Shown: positions 19,710-31,187, numbered from the stretch's first letter. The stretch is 56,357 nt of DNA from an uncultured Polaribacter sp. (GCA_913061165.1 CAJXTJ010000001.1:1-56357), one strand, 5' to 3'. The notes: generated by a model from the letters alone, not told the origin. Numbers and translations are program-made.

Positions 19710-20240
19710 ATGAACAAAGAAAAACAACTATTTACAATATCAGTTTACACTGAAAATAACATAGGTTTGTTGAATAGAATTTCAGCAATTTTTCAGAGAA
19801 GACATATAAATATAGAGAGTTTAAACATCTCTCCTTCAGAAATTGAGGGGGTTGCTAAATTTACAATTGTTGTAAATATGACTGAAGAGGATGTGAAGAA
19901 AATTATTGGTCAGATAGAAAAGCAAGTAGAGGTTATTAAGGCATACTATCATAATGATGAGGAAACTATTTATCAGATTTCTGGATTGTTTAAAATAAAA
20001 TCTAAATTATTGTTTGAAGAACCTCAAATTCAGAATATTGTAAAAGAAAGTAACGCGAGAATAGTTACTGTAAATAAAGATTTTTTTGTTTTAGAAAAAT
20101 CCGGAAAAAAAGAAGAAGTAGTAGCTTTATATAATCAATTAAGTATTTTTGGTATCATGCAATATACGCGTTCAGGTAGAGTTGCAATTACCAAAGAAGA
20201 AATGAAAATTTCAGAATTATTAGAAACATACAACAACTAA
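19710..20240 (+). CDS. ilvN: Acetolactate synthase small subunit
   Basis: ACT domain ENNIGLLNRISAIF...NIESL, C-terminal RSGRVAI; follows ilvB. Confidence 0.93.
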   Translation: MNKEKQLFTISVYTENNIGLLNRISAIFQRRHINIESLNISPSEIEGVAKFTIVVNMTEEDVKKIIGQIEKQVEVIKAYYHNDEETIYQISGLFKIKSKLLFEEPQIQNIVKESNARIVTVNKDFFVLEKSGKKEEVVALYNQLSIFGIMQYTRSGRVAITKEEMKISELLETYNN

Positions 20241-20250
20241 ATAAATAAAA

Positions 20251-21726
20251 ATGTCAAATTATTTTAACACATTAACATTAAGAGAAAAATTAGAACAATT
20301 AGGAAAATGTCGTTTTATGGATGCTTCAGAATTTGAGGACGGAGTAAGCGCATTAAAAGGAAAGAAAATTGTTATTGTGGGTTGTGGAGCGCAAGGCCTA
20401 AATCAGGGATTGAATATGAGAGATTCTGGTTTAGATATTTCTTACGCTTTAAGACAAGCAGCTATTGATCAAAATAGAGCTTCTTTTGTGAATGCCAATT
20501 CAAACGGATTTGTAGTGGGTACTTATGAAGAGTTAATTCCTTCCGCAGATCTAGTATTAAACTTAACACCAGACAAACAACATACTAATGTTGTAAACAC
20601 GGTAATGCCTCTAATGAAAAAAGGCGCAACACTATCGTATTCGCATGGGTTTAATATTGTTGAAGAAGGAACACAGGTTAGAAAGGATTTAACCGTAATT
20701 ATGGTAGCTCCTAAGTGTCCTGGTTCTGAAGTTAGAGAAGAATATAAAAGAGGATTTGGAGTGCCAACATTAATTGCTGTGCATCCAGAAAATGATCCAG
20801 AAAATAAAGGTTGGGCGCAAGCAAAGGCTTATGCTGTTGGAACAGGAGGTCATAGGGCAGGTGTTTTAGAATCGTCTTTTGTGGCAGAAGTAAAATCTGA
20901 TTTAATGGGAGAACAAACTATTTTATGTGGTTTGTTACAAACAGGAGCAATTTTATCTTTTGATAAAATGGTAGCAGAAGGAATTGCCCCAGGTTATGCC
21001 GCAAAGTTAATTCAGTACGGTTGGGAAACTGTAACGGAGGCTTTAAAGCATGGAGGAATTACCAATATGATGGACCGTTTGTCTAACCCTGCGAAAGTAA
21101 AAGCATTTGAGATTTCTGAAGAATTAAAAGATATTATGCGTCCACTGTTTCAAAAACACATGGATGATATTATGACGGGTCATTTCTCTACAACCATGAT
21201 GGAAGATTGGGCAAATGATGATAAAAACTTATTAACTTGGAGAGCTGCAACAGGCGAAACTGCCTTTGAGAAGCAACAAGTTACAACGCAGGAAATTTCT
21301 GAACAAGAATATTTTGATCACGGAACTTTGTTAGTTGCTTTTGTTAGAGCTGGTGTAGAATTAGCTTTTGAAGCAATGACAGATTCTGGAATTATAGCAG
21401 CATCTGCCTATTATGAGTCTTTGCATGAAACACCGTTAATTGCAAATACAATAGCAAGAATGAAATTAGCTGAAATGAACCGTGTAATTTCTGATACTGC
21501 AGAATATGGTTGTTATTTATTTGATCATGCTTGTAAGCCTTTACTTACAGATTTTATGAAGACAGTTTCTACAGATCTTATCGGTCAAAAATTTAGAGAT
21601 GGCAATGACGTTGATAATAAAGAGCTGATTCGAATAAATGGAATTATTAGAAATCATCCGGTAGAAATTGTAGGAGCAAAATTAAGAGCTTCTATGACAG
21701 CAATGAAGGTTATAAAATCGGCATAA
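20251..21726 (+). CDS. ilvC: Ketol-acid reductoisomerase (long, class II)
   Basis: [38 protein letters not shown]; 491 aa. Confidence 0.96.
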   Translation: MSNYFNTLTLREKLEQLGKCRFMDASEFEDGVSALKGKKIVIVGCGAQGLNQGLNMRDSGLDISYALRQAAIDQNRASFVNANSNGFVVGTYEELIPSADLVLNLTPDKQHTNVVNTVMPLMKKGATLSYSHGFNIVEEGTQVRKDLTVIMVAPKCPGSEVREEYKRGFGVPTLIAVHPENDPENKGWAQAKAYAVGTGGHRAGVLESSFVAEVKSDLMGEQTILCGLLQTGAILSFDKMVAEGIAPGYAAKLIQYGWETVTEALKHGGITNMMDRLSNPAKVKAFEISEELKDIMRPLFQKHMDDIMTGHFSTTMMEDWANDDKNLLTWRAATGETAFEKQQVTTQEISEQEYFDHGTLLVAFVRAGVELAFEAMTDSGIIAASAYYESLHETPLIANTIARMKLAEMNRVISDTAEYGCYLFDHACKPLLTDFMKTVSTDLIGQKFRDGNDVDNKELIRINGIIRNHPVEIVGAKLRASMTAMKVIKSA

Positions 21727-21753
21727 TAAAACGTAAAGATTATAAATTTTAAC

Positions 21754-21787
21754 AAAGCCTGTCAGATTTTGAATTCTGGCAGGCTTT
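21754..21787. repeat. Intergenic hairpin (REP-like / terminator) between ilvC and ilvA
   Basis: AAAGCCTGTCAGA-TTTTGAAT-TCTGGCAGGCTTT. Confidence 0.6.
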
Positions 21788-21805
21788 AGTTTTAAACTAA
21801 ATATT

Positions 21806-23068
21806 ATGCTCGCAAAAGAAGTTTATTTCCCGACCCTAGAAAATGTAAAAGCTGCGGCTAAAAACTTAGTAGGAGTCGCTTATAAAACACCCTTAAATCA
21901 AAACAATACTTTTTCAAAAGAATTTGATGCAACTATTCTGTTTAAAAGAGAAGATTTACAAGTAGTGCGTTCTTATAAAATTAGAGGGGCTTATAATAAA
22001 ATATCTTCTTTAAATACAGATGAAAAACAACGTGGAATTGTTTGTGCTAGTGCAGGTAATCATGCTCAAGGCGTAGCTTTATCATGTAAATTATTACAGA
22101 TAAAAGGAACTATTTTCATGCCTTTACCTACACCAAACCAAAAAATAAATCAGGTAAAAATGTTTGGTGAAGATTTTATTGAAGTGGTCATAGAGGGAGA
22201 TACTTTTGATGATGCTTTTAATGCTGCTAAGCAAGCATGCGATGCAGAAAATAAAACATTTGTTCATCCTTTTAATGACGAAAAAGTGATTGAAGGGCAA
22301 GCAACTGTAGGTTTAGAAATCCTAGAACAGACAACAAGAAAAATTGATTACGTTTTTGTAGCTGTTGGTGGTGGTGGTTTATCATCTGGTTTGTCATCTG
22401 TTTTTAGGCAATTATCTCCAAAGACAAAAATCATTGGAGTAGAACCAGAGGGAGCACCTTCCATGTTAACCTCAATTAAAAATAAAATAAATACTCCTTT
22501 AGATGCGATAGATTCTTTTGTAGATGGCGCAGCTGTTAAAAGAGTAGGTGATTTAAATTTTGCTATATGTCAGCAAAACTTACATGATATGATCACAGTC
22601 CCTGAAGGAAAAGTTTGTCAGATTATTTTAGATTTGTATAATAAAGATGCTATTGTTGTGGAGCCTGCCGGTGCTTTAAGTATTGCTGCTTTAGATTCGT
22701 TTGCAGAAGAGATAAAAGGAAAAAATGTTGTTTGTATTGTTAGTGGAAGTAATAATGATATTACGAGAACGGCAGAAATTAAGGAGCGTGCTATGTTATT
22801 TGCGAATTTGAAACATTATTTTATTGTTAGATTTCCGCAAAGAGCGGGTGCTTTAAAAGAGTTCGTTGCAGAAGTTTTAGGTCCTAAAGACGATATTACC
22901 CATTTTGAATATACTAAAAAAACAAACAGAGAAAATGGAGCAGCAGTAGTTGGTTTAGAACTAAAGTCTGCAGAAGACTTAGCGCCATTGATTCAAAGAA
23001 TGAAAGAGAGAGGTTTTTTTGGAGACTATTTAAATGACAAACCAGATTTACTACAGTTTTTATTATAG
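21806..23068 (+). CDS. ilvA: Threonine ammonia-lyase, biosynthetic (single C-terminal ACT-like domain)
   Basis: SYKIRGA, CASAGNHAQGVA, VGGGGL, EPAGAL, FPQRAGAL. Confidence 0.95.
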   Translation: MLAKEVYFPTLENVKAAAKNLVGVAYKTPLNQNNTFSKEFDATILFKREDLQVVRSYKIRGAYNKISSLNTDEKQRGIVCASAGNHAQGVALSCKLLQIKGTIFMPLPTPNQKINQVKMFGEDFIEVVIEGDTFDDAFNAAKQACDAENKTFVHPFNDEKVIEGQATVGLEILEQTTRKIDYVFVAVGGGGLSSGLSSVFRQLSPKTKIIGVEPEGAPSMLTSIKNKINTPLDAIDSFVDGAAVKRVGDLNFAICQQNLHDMITVPEGKVCQIILDLYNKDAIVVEPAGALSIAALDSFAEEIKGKNVVCIVSGSNNDITRTAEIKERAMLFANLKHYFIVRFPQRAGALKEFVAEVLGPKDDITHFEYTKKTNRENGAAVVGLELKSAEDLAPLIQRMKERGFFGDYLNDKPDLLQFLL

Positions 23069-23233
23069 TATCTAAAATAGACTCCGAAATGCTTTTCGTT
23101 TTTTAAAAAGGAAATCATATATTTTATACTTTTTTTTTGTTAATTTTGATAGTAATAAGATGTAAGAATCATTTTACTTTTATTTATTATTTTTTTTAAT
23201 CAAAGAACTTCGCTTTTTTACTAAATTCAATTT

Positions 23234-24826
23234 ATGAAGAATACATTTAAAGAAATTCCGAGCAAATACAAAATCACCTCACTTGTAAATCAGAATACCT
23301 ATTTAATTGGGGGAGAATTAAAAGAGTGGAAAGGTGCAACTGCAGAAGTGTATTCAACCATTTCGTCAACCGAAGAATATGCGCCAACGCTATTGGGAAC
23401 AGTGCCAGATTTAACAGGTGAAGAAGGTCTTGAAGCTTTGCATGCTGCGTCCAAGGCATATGGAAGAGGGCAAGGGTTGTGGCCAACAATGAAGGTAGAA
23501 GGTAGAATTGCTGCCATGGAGAAGTTTGTGGTGCAAATGAAAACAAAAAGAGATGCCATTGTAAAACTACTGATGTGGGAAATTGGGAAAACCTTGCCAG
23601 ATTCAGAAAAAGAGTTTGACAGAACAGTAGAATATATTTACGATACGATTGAAGATTACAAGCAAATGGACAGAGATTCTGCAAAGTTTCAAAAAAACAG
23701 TGGAGTCCATGCACATATTAGAAGAGGTCCTTTAGGTGTTGTGCTTTGTTTAGGTCCTTATAACTATCCTTTAAATGAAACGTTTGCGCTGTTAATTCCT
23801 GCTTTAATTATGGGGAATACTACTGTGTTTAAGCCGGCGAAACATGGTGTTTTATTATTATCGCCATTATTAGAGGCATTTCAAACCAGCTTTCCTGCAG
23901 GTGTTGTGAATATTATATATGGTAGAGGTAGAACATTAGCAACGCCAATTATGAAAACGGGTCTTGTAGATGTTTTAGCATTAATAGGAAATAGTACTTC
24001 TGCAAATGCAATTCAAGCCAATCATCCACAGAAAAATAGATTGCGCTTGGTGCTAGGTTTAGAAGCGAAGAATCCAGGAATTGTTTTACCAGATGCAGAT
24101 TTAGATTTAGCAATTGACGAGTGTATAGCAGGTGCAACTTCATTTAATGGACAGCGATGTACTGCTTTAAAAATACTATATGTCCATGAACATATTGTAG
24201 CTGAATTTAACAAACGTTTTGCTGAAAAAGTAGATGCATTAAAATTTGGAAACCCATGGGAAAATGACGTAAAATTAACACCTTTACCAGAACCAGGAAA
24301 ACCGGCATATATTCAGGAATTAATTGATGATGCTGTTTTAAAAGGGGCGAAAGTAATTAATAAAAAAGGTGGGGAAACTACCGAAAATTATATTTTTCCG
24401 GCAGTTTTATATCCGGTTTCTAAAGACTCTAGAGTTTTTGAAGAAGAGCAATTTGGTCCAGTTACACCAATTATATCTTTTAAAAACATACAAGAACCCT
24501 TAGATGATATGGCAGCTTCTAATTACGGGCAACAGGTAAGTGTGTTCGGAAGTGATGTAAAAACTTTAGCGCCTTTAATTGATACGCTTGTAAATTTAGT
24601 TTGTAGAGTAAATTTAAATAGTGCAGCACAACGTGGGCCAGATGTATATCCGTTTACAGGAAGAAAAGATTCTGCGGTTGCCACTTTAAGTGTGCATGAT
24701 GCTTTGCGTTCTTTTTCAATAAGAACTTTTTTAGCAGCTAAAGACACAGATTATAACAATACTATTTTAAAAGAATTGTTAGACAAAAAAGTATCTAACT
24801 TTATTAGTACAGATTATATTTTATAA
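23234..24826 (+). CDS. gapN: Non-phosphorylating NADP-dependent glyceraldehyde-3-phosphate dehydrogenase (ALDH family)
   Basis: [39 protein letters not shown]. Confidence 0.82.
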   Translation: MKNTFKEIPSKYKITSLVNQNTYLIGGELKEWKGATAEVYSTISSTEEYAPTLLGTVPDLTGEEGLEALHAASKAYGRGQGLWPTMKVEGRIAAMEKFVVQMKTKRDAIVKLLMWEIGKTLPDSEKEFDRTVEYIYDTIEDYKQMDRDSAKFQKNSGVHAHIRRGPLGVVLCLGPYNYPLNETFALLIPALIMGNTTVFKPAKHGVLLLSPLLEAFQTSFPAGVVNIIYGRGRTLATPIMKTGLVDVLALIGNSTSANAIQANHPQKNRLRLVLGLEAKNPGIVLPDADLDLAIDECIAGATSFNGQRCTALKILYVHEHIVAEFNKRFAEKVDALKFGNPWENDVKLTPLPEPGKPAYIQELIDDAVLKGAKVINKKGGETTENYIFPAVLYPVSKDSRVFEEEQFGPVTPIISFKNIQEPLDDMAASNYGQQVSVFGSDVKTLAPLIDTLVNLVCRVNLNSAAQRGPDVYPFTGRKDSAVATLSVHDALRSFSIRTFLAAKDTDYNNTILKELLDKKVSNFISTDYIL

Positions 24827-24846
24827 TATAATTTGGTTTTTAAATT

Positions 24847-24888
24847 AAAAAAGCTTCCTTTCTATAATTGAGAAAAGGAGGTTTTTTT
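24847..24888. terminator. Bidirectional terminator between gapN and usp
   Basis: AAAAAAGCTTCCTTTCT / AGAAAAGGAGGTTTTTTT imperfect inverted repeat between convergent genes. Confidence 0.7.
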
Positions 24889-24896
24889 ACTAGAAA

Positions 24897-25724
24897 TTAT
24901 ACCCTAACCGTAAAGATTGGTTTTAAAGCTTTTTTAGATAAGCTTTTAGCAACACTTCTTGAAAATAAATGAGAAATACCACTCCTACCATGGGTGCTTA
25001 ACGCTATTAAATCTGCTTTTTTCTCTCTAGAGAAATTAATAATTCCTTTTTCAATAGAAGTGTCATCATAAATATTTATTGAATATTTAAGTAAATTATA
25101 TTCCTTTATAAAATCTTTCATTTTTTGTTTTGCATCGGATGTGCTCTCAAATTGCGATGGTGTGTTTACTCTTAGTAAATGTATTTTACTATTAAAAATA
25201 GTTGCAAAATGTAAAAATTTGATAAAAACTTCTTTATTATCTTTTTTGAAATTAGAAGCAAAAACTAAATTTTTTAAACTAAATTTTTTCGAGTCTCTTT
25301 TTACAACAATAACAGGTATTTTAGAGCTTCTTACAATTTTTTCTGTATTTGATCCAATAATAATTTCTTCAAATTTAGAATGACCTTTAGAACCCATAAT
25401 AATTAAATCTGCATCAATTTTATCGGCATACTTTTTTATACCATCAAAAGGATTGTTTAATTTTATAAAGTAATCAACCTTGATGTCTTCAGTAAAAAAA
25501 CTATTTTTAAAGTTTAAAATTTTTTCTTTTATTTTCCTCAAATAAAGCATGCTTTCAGGGATGCTAAACCTACTACTAAAATCCATATTTACAGCCTCAG
25601 AAGGAAGTTCAATTAAATGTATTAGAGTTATGGAAGCACCGGTTTTTTTAGCAATTTTAGCGGCCATTTTTGCGGCATATTCAGAGGGTTTAGAAAAGTC
25701 GATAGGAACTAGAATTTTTTTCAT
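24897..25724 (-). CDS. Universal stress protein (tandem USP domains)
   Basis: KKILVPIDFS, DLIIMGSKG...GSNTEKIVR, DLIALSTHGRSG. Confidence 0.92.
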   Translation of the reverse strand: MKKILVPIDFSKPSEYAAKMAAKIAKKTGASITLIHLIELPSEAVNMDFSSRFSIPESMLYLRKIKEKILNFKNSFFTEDIKVDYFIKLNNPFDGIKKYADKIDADLIIMGSKGHSKFEEIIIGSNTEKIVRSSKIPVIVVKRDSKKFSLKNLVFASNFKKDNKEVFIKFLHFATIFNSKIHLLRVNTPSQFESTSDAKQKMKDFIKEYNLLKYSINIYDDTSIEKGIINFSREKKADLIALSTHGRSGISHLFSRSVAKSLSKKALKPIFTVRV

Positions 25725-25791
25725 AAATTGCTATTTAAATTTAAAATATAGTTACTATCTAAAGTTACAAAAAAATAATGAATTACAGAGT

Positions 25792-25822
25792 TTTGGTAAA
25801 TCATAAACAATTCGTATATTTG
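25792..25822 (+). promoter_or_regulatory. Sigma-A promoter of rimP-nusA-infB
   Basis: TTTG (25792-25795), 19-nt spacer, TATATTTG (25815-25822). Confidence 0.8.
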
Positions 25823-25850
25823 CACCGAAATTTATAGTAAATGAAGAATG

Positions 25851-25877
25851 AAGGGGACTTAAAAGTCCCCTCTTTTT
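25851..25877 (+). promoter_or_regulatory. rimP leader terminator hairpin (attenuator)
   Basis: AGGGGACTT-AA-AAGTCCCCT plus T run between promoter and rimP start, like the widely conserved rimP leader. Confidence 0.75.
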
Positions 25878-25899
25878 ATACTTTATTTTAAGGTTTAAT

Positions 25900-26361
25900 A
25901 TGAATCAAGCAGCATTAAAAGACATAGTAGACGAAGCATTGGCTCTTAACGAGTCTTTGTATCTCATAGAATTATCTATATCTGTAAACAACAAAGTTCA
26001 AGTTGTTGTAGATGGTGATAATGGTGTTTCATTAAGTGAAACTATGCGTATAAGTAGGGCTATAAACGATAATTTTGATAGAGAAGTAGAAGATTTCTCT
26101 TTAGAAGTTAGTACACCAGACATTGCGCATCCATTAAAAGTAAAAAGACAGTATATTAAGAATTTAAATAGAATTCTTAAAGTAAAAACTGAAGAAGAAG
26201 AGTTAGAAGGTACTTTAGTTACTGCAGATGAAGATAAAATTGTCTTGCAGTGGAAAGCTAGAGAACCAAAGCCAGTTGGTAAAGGAAAGGTTACTGTAGA
26301 TAAAACAGCAACTTTAGAGTATACAGAGATTAAGGAAGCAAAAGTGAAAATCTTATTTTAA
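25900..26361 (+). CDS. rimP: Ribosome maturation factor RimP
   Basis: DGDNGVSL, FSLEVSTP; first gene before nusA-infB. Confidence 0.92.
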   Translation: MNQAALKDIVDEALALNESLYLIELSISVNNKVQVVVDGDNGVSLSETMRISRAINDNFDREVEDFSLEVSTPDIAHPLKVKRQYIKNLNRILKVKTEEEELEGTLVTADEDKIVLQWKAREPKPVGKGKVTVDKTATLEYTEIKEAKVKILF

Positions 26362-26372
26362 GAATAAACGTA

Positions 26373-27629
26373 ATGGAAAATATAGCATTAATTGATTCGT
26401 TTTCAGAATTTAAAGATAACAAGAGTATAGACAGAGTAACATTAATGTCTATTTTAGAAGAGGTTTTTAGAGCTACTTTAAAACGAAAGTTTGGTTCTGA
26501 TGACAACTTTGATATTATTATTAATCCTGACAAGGGTGATTTAGAAATATGGAGAAACAGAGTTGTTGTTGCAGACGGTTTTTCTGAAGATGATAATGAA
26601 GAAATAGAATTAGCTGAGGCGAGATTAATTGAACCAGATTTTGAAATTGGTGAAGATGTTTCTGAAGAGGTGAAGTTAATAGACTTAGGAAGAAGAGCTA
26701 TTCTTGCGTTACGTCAGAATTTGATTTCAAAAATATATGAACACGATAGCACAAATATATTCAAGCATTTTAAGGAATTAGAAGGTGAGTTGTATAGTGC
26801 AGAAGTGCATCACATTCGTCACAATGCAATCATTTTACTAGATGATGATGGTAATGAAATAGTATTGCCAAAAAGCGAACAAATTCGTTCAGATTTCTTT
26901 AGAAAAGGAGATTCTGTAAGAGGTGTTATAAAAACGGTTGAGTTAAGAGGGAATAAACCAGCAATTATATTATCTAGAACCTCTCCAGAATTTTTAAACA
27001 AATTGTTTGAACAAGAAATTCCTGAAGTTTTTGACGGTTTAATTACGGTTGAAGGTGTAGCAAGAATACCAGGGGAGAAAGCAAAAGTAGCGGTAGATTC
27101 TTATGATGACAGAATAGATCCTGTTGGAGCCTGTGTTGGTGTAAAAGGTTCAAGAATTCATGGGATAGTTCGTGAGCTAGGGAATGAAAACATAGATGTT
27201 ATTAATTATACTAAAAATGAACAACTCTTTATTTCAAGAGCATTAAGTCCCGCAAAAGTGACTTCAATGGAAATTGAAATGTATGAAGAGGAAAGGAATG
27301 GTAAAAAAGGGCGTGTAAGTGTTCTTTTAAAACCAGAGGAAGTTTCGAAAGCAATTGGTAGAGGTGGTGTTAATATTCGTTTAGCCAGTGAATTAACAGG
27401 GTACGAAATAGATGTTAAGAGAGAAGGTCTTGAAGAAGAAGACGTGGAGTTAACAGAATTTAGTGATGAAATTGAAGCTTGGGTTATTAAAGAATTTAAA
27501 AATATTGGTTTAGATACAGCGAGAAGTGTATTAGAAGCTAGTGTAGAAGAATTAGTTAAGAGAACAGATTTAGAAGAAGAAACTATTTTAGATGTTCAAA
27601 GAATTTTGAAAGAAGAATTCGAAGAATAG
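26373..27629 (+). CDS. nusA: Transcription termination factor NusA
   Basis: S1 and KH domains, DPVGACVGVKGSRI, AIGRGGVNIRLAS. Confidence 0.97.
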   Translation: MENIALIDSFSEFKDNKSIDRVTLMSILEEVFRATLKRKFGSDDNFDIIINPDKGDLEIWRNRVVVADGFSEDDNEEIELAEARLIEPDFEIGEDVSEEVKLIDLGRRAILALRQNLISKIYEHDSTNIFKHFKELEGELYSAEVHHIRHNAIILLDDDGNEIVLPKSEQIRSDFFRKGDSVRGVIKTVELRGNKPAIILSRTSPEFLNKLFEQEIPEVFDGLITVEGVARIPGEKAKVAVDSYDDRIDPVGACVGVKGSRIHGIVRELGNENIDVINYTKNEQLFISRALSPAKVTSMEIEMYEEERNGKKGRVSVLLKPEEVSKAIGRGGVNIRLASELTGYEIDVKREGLEEEDVELTEFSDEIEAWVIKEFKNIGLDTARSVLEASVEELVKRTDLEEETILDVQRILKEEFEE

Positions 27630-27692
27630 TCTGAGATTAAAGAGTAATCGTAAAAAGTGTATTTTTACAAATTAAAGATTAAAAAATAATAT

Positions 27693-30542
27693 ATGTCTGA
27701 AGGCAAAACAACGAGGCTTAATAAGGTTTTAAGAGAATTAAATATTTCTCTAGATAGAGCAGTAGAATATTTAGCAGATAAAGGTCACGAGATAGAATCG
27801 AGACCAACTACTAAAATTTCTGGTGATGTCTATCAAGTCCTGCTAGATGGTTTCCAAACAGATGCTAGCAAGAAAGCTGCGTCTAAGGAAGTTGGTGTGG
27901 AGAAGCGAAAAGAGAAAGAAGCAATTCGTGCAGAACTAGAAGCTAAGCAAGAAGTAAAAAGAGCAGAAGACGATAAGAAAGAAGAAGTTCTTAAAGCAAA
28001 AGCCAAAAAGCTAGAGCTCAAAACTGTGGGTAAAATAGATATTGATAACATAGGTAAGTCAGCTCCTAAAAAAGAGGTGGTTAAAGAAGAAGTTGTGAAA
28101 ACTGAAACACCTAAAATCGAAACTCCTAAAGTGGAGACTGAAGTTTCAAAAATTGAAACACCAAAAGAGGTAGTTATTGAGGTTTCAGAGACGGCAGTAG
28201 AAAAAACTGTTACTAAAGAAGTTAAGGTTGCAAAGCTTGTCTCTGAAGTAGAAAAAGAGGCTTCTAAAATTGAGAAAAAAGGAGAGTCTAAGAAGGAATC
28301 TTCTACGCTAGATGTAAAAAATGAAGAGGTTACTGCAGAAACTGCAGAGGCTTTGAAAACGCAATATAAGAAGTTAAATGGGCCTAACTTTACAGGTAAG
28401 AAAATTGATTTAAAACAATTTGAAAAACCTAAAAAGAAAAAGCCAGAAGCTAAACCAGCCGCCGCAGCAGATCCTAAGAAGAAACGTAAGCGTATTGTAA
28501 CTAAAATAGGTGCGCCAGGGAGTAGGTCAGCAGCAAGAGGAGCAGTTCCTAGTAATAGTAGAGCCGGAAACGGAAGAGGGCCTTATAATAAAGCCGGTAG
28601 AAATCCAAGACCAGCTACAAATGTTAAGAAAGAAGAGCCAACAGAAGCAGATATCCAGAAGCAAGTAAGAGAAACACTAGAAAAGCTTCAAGGAAAATCT
28701 TCTAAAGGAAAAGGAGCAAAATATAGAAGAAATAAAAGGGATGCTCGTAGAGAACATTCAGATGCAGAATTAGAAGCTCAGGCGTTAGATAATAAAATAT
28801 TAAAAGTAACAGAATTTGTTACGGTAAGTGAAGTTGCAACAATGATGGAAGTACCTGTTACCAACATTATATCGGCATGTATGTCTTTAGGTATGATGGT
28901 AACAATGAATCAGCGTTTAGATGCAGAGACTTTAGTTATCGTAGCCGAAGAGTTTAACCATAAGGTAGAATTTGTAGGTGCAGAAGTAGAAGAGTCAATA
29001 GAAGAAGTTATAGATAAGCCAGAAGATTTAAAAGGTCGTGCTCCAATTATTACGGTAATGGGTCACGTAGATCATGGTAAAACTTCTTTATTAGATTATA
29101 TTAGAAAAGCAAATGTTATTGATGGAGAGAGTGGAGGAATTACACAACATATTGGTGCGTATTCTGTGAATGTAGGAGATCAACAAATAGCGTTCTTAGA
29201 TACTCCAGGTCACGAGGCTTTTACAGCGATGCGTGCACGTGGTGCTCAAGTAACAGATTTAGTAATAATTGTAGTTGCGGCAGATGATGATGTGATGCCA
29301 CAGACAAAAGAGGCAATTTCTCATGCACAAGCTGCAGGAGTGCCAATTATTTTTGCAATTAATAAGATAGATAAGCCAAACGCAAATCCAGATAACGTGA
29401 AAACACAACTATCTTCAATGAATTTATTAATTGAAGAGTGGGGTGGAAGCATTCAGTCGCAAGATATCTCTGCAAAAACAGGAGCAGGTATTCCTGAATT
29501 GTTAGAGAAGGTTTTATTAGAAGCAGAGGTTTTAGAGCTAAAATCGAATCCTAATAAAAATGCAGTTGGTGCTGTAGTAGAGGCATTACTAGATAAAGGT
29601 AGAGGGTACGTTTCTACGATATTAGTACAAGCAGGAACTTTAAAAATTGGAGATTACTTGCTAGCTGGTAAGCACAGTGGTAAGGTAAGAGCTATGTTTA
29701 ATGATCAAGGAACTAATTTAAAAGTTGCGGGTCCATCAACACCAGTATCAATACTAGGTTTAGACGGTGCGCCTCAAGCAGGAGATAAGTTTGTTGTTTT
29801 TGATGATGAAAGAGAAGCAAAACAAATTGCTTCAAAAAGATCTCAATTACAACGTGAGCAATCTGTAAGAACTCAAAAAACATTAACTTTAGATGAAATT
29901 GGACGTAGAATTGCTTTAGGAGACTTTAAAGAGTTAAATATTATCTTAAAAGGAGATGTAGATGGTTCTGTAGAAGCGTTAACAGATTCTTTCCAGAAAT
30001 TATCTACAGAAGAAATACAAGTAAATATTTTACATAAAGGTGTTGGAGCTATTACAGAAAGTGATGTTTTATTAGCAACAGCTTCAGATGCAATTATTGT
30101 TGGTTTTAATGTAAGGCCGCAATCTAATGCAAGAGTAATTGCAGATAGAGAAGAAGTAGATATTAGAACATATTCTATTATTTATGATGCGATAAACGAT
30201 CTTAAAGATGCTATGGAAGGAATGTTATCTCCTGAAATGAAAGAAGAGGTTACGGGTAATGTAGAAATTAGAGAAGTTTATAAGATTTCTAAAGTTGGTA
30301 ACATTGCAGGTTGTATGGTAATGTCTGGTAAGATATTTAGAGATTCTCAAATTAGAATTATTAGAGATGGTATTGTTGTTCATGATGGAACGCTTACAGC
30401 TTTAAAACGATTTAAGGATGATGTAAAAGAGGTTGCAAAAGGGTATGATTGTGGAGTTCAGATTAAGAACTATAATGATATAGTAGAAGGAGATTTAATT
30501 GAAGCTTACAAAGAAGTAGCAGTTAAGAAGAAGTTGAAATAA
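27693..30542 (+). CDS. infB: Translation initiation factor IF-2
   Basis: [20 protein letters not shown]; long charged N-terminal linker. Confidence 0.98.
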   Translation: MSEGKTTRLNKVLRELNISLDRAVEYLADKGHEIESRPTTKISGDVYQVLLDGFQTDASKKAASKEVGVEKRKEKEAIRAELEAKQEVKRAEDDKKEEVLKAKAKKLELKTVGKIDIDNIGKSAPKKEVVKEEVVKTETPKIETPKVETEVSKIETPKEVVIEVSETAVEKTVTKEVKVAKLVSEVEKEASKIEKKGESKKESSTLDVKNEEVTAETAEALKTQYKKLNGPNFTGKKIDLKQFEKPKKKKPEAKPAAAADPKKKRKRIVTKIGAPGSRSAARGAVPSNSRAGNGRGPYNKAGRNPRPATNVKKEEPTEADIQKQVRETLEKLQGKSSKGKGAKYRRNKRDARREHSDAELEAQALDNKILKVTEFVTVSEVATMMEVPVTNIISACMSLGMMVTMNQRLDAETLVIVAEEFNHKVEFVGAEVEESIEEVIDKPEDLKGRAPIITVMGHVDHGKTSLLDYIRKANVIDGESGGITQHIGAYSVNVGDQQIAFLDTPGHEAFTAMRARGAQVTDLVIIVVAADDDVMPQTKEAISHAQAAGVPIIFAINKIDKPNANPDNVKTQLSSMNLLIEEWGGSIQSQDISAKTGAGIPELLEKVLLEAEVLELKSNPNKNAVGAVVEALLDKGRGYVSTILVQAGTLKIGDYLLAGKHSGKVRAMFNDQGTNLKVAGPSTPVSILGLDGAPQAGDKFVVFDDEREAKQIASKRSQLQREQSVRTQKTLTLDEIGRRIALGDFKELNIILKGDVDGSVEALTDSFQKLSTEEIQVNILHKGVGAITESDVLLATASDAIIVGFNVRPQSNARVIADREEVDIRTYSIIYDAINDLKDAMEGMLSPEMKEEVTGNVEIREVYKISKVGNIAGCMVMSGKIFRDSQIRIIRDGIVVHDGTLTALKRFKDDVKEVAKGYDCGVQIKNYNDIVEGDLIEAYKEVAVKKKLK

Positions 30543-30562
30543 ACTTTTAAATTTTATAAAGT

Positions 30563-30596
30563 AAAAGCCAAAATTCATATGAATTTTGGCTTTTTT
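30563..30596. terminator. Bidirectional terminator after infB
   Basis: AAAAGCCAAAATTCAT/ATGAATTTTGGCTTTT palindrome with A and T tails. Confidence 0.85.
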
Positions 30597-30617
30597 AATT
30601 TTCTATTAAAAAACGAA

Positions 30618-30986
30618 TTACTTTCCTAAAGGAATTACAATAGTTCCAGAGAATTCTTTCTTGTAGATTAAATTAGCTCTGTCTGCTTCTAATTTAGTTT
30701 TGTAATTTCCTACCTGCACTTTCCAGTCAGGGTTATCCCAAACGAGCTTTGTTTTTATTGCTGGATATAGCACAATAAATTTTGCATTCTTGCTTTTTGC
30801 AGTGGTCTCATTCCCATAATAAATTTGAATACTATAACCAAAACCTACAGTGCTGTTGTATCGTGTCTTTTTATCTAATAATTTTTGAACTGCTTCACTC
30901 TTATTTGTAGCGTTTTGAGCACTCAAATTATTGATGTTTGCCAATAAATAGCATAAAAAAATGGGTATAAATAAGGTGTTTTTCAT
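30618..30986 (-). CDS. SPOR-domain protein (secreted)
   Basis: Signal peptide, GYSIQIYYG and WKVQVGNYKTKLEADRA SPOR-like motifs; start at MKNTLF. Confidence 0.75.
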   Translation of the reverse strand: MKNTLFIPIFLCYLLANINNLSAQNATNKSEAVQKLLDKKTRYNSTVGFGYSIQIYYGNETTAKSKNAKFIVLYPAIKTKLVWDNPDWKVQVGNYKTKLEADRANLIYKKEFSGTIVIPLGK

Positions 30987-31046
30987 ATTCAAAAATCTTT
31001 TTACAAAAATAACAACTTGTGATAGAATAAATTGCGTTTTTTTGTT

Positions 31047-31065
31047 ATTTAGAATTGTTATAAAT
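31047..31065. promoter_or_regulatory. Putative Fur-family binding box
   Basis: ATTTAGAA-TTG-TTATAAAT dyad (7/8), 17/19 identical to the flavobacterial Fur-box consensus as recalled (ATTTAGAATTATTCTAAAT). Confidence 0.55.
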
Positions 31066-31111
31066 TGATATTTAAGATTCTATTAGCTTTTCAAAATTTA
31101 GCAATATGTAG

Positions 31112-31119
31112 TACTTTTG
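31112..31119 (+). promoter_or_regulatory. -7 promoter element of act operon
   Basis: TACTTTTG 68 nt upstream of actA start. Confidence 0.6.
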
Positions 31120-31187
31120 TACAACTGTTCAGAAGGCTTTTTTTTTGAACGAATTTATACACAATAGTAAAATTATAGTTTGTAAAT

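Noticed and set aside
20251-21726. Long E. coli-like IlvC as evidence of recent horizontal transfer
   Set aside because: No compositional break, embedded in the native ilv operon, and the long form is expected in Flavobacteriaceae
30543-30617. Absence of rbfA/truB after infB
   Set aside because: A three-gene rimP-nusA-infB operon is ordinary in Bacteroidota
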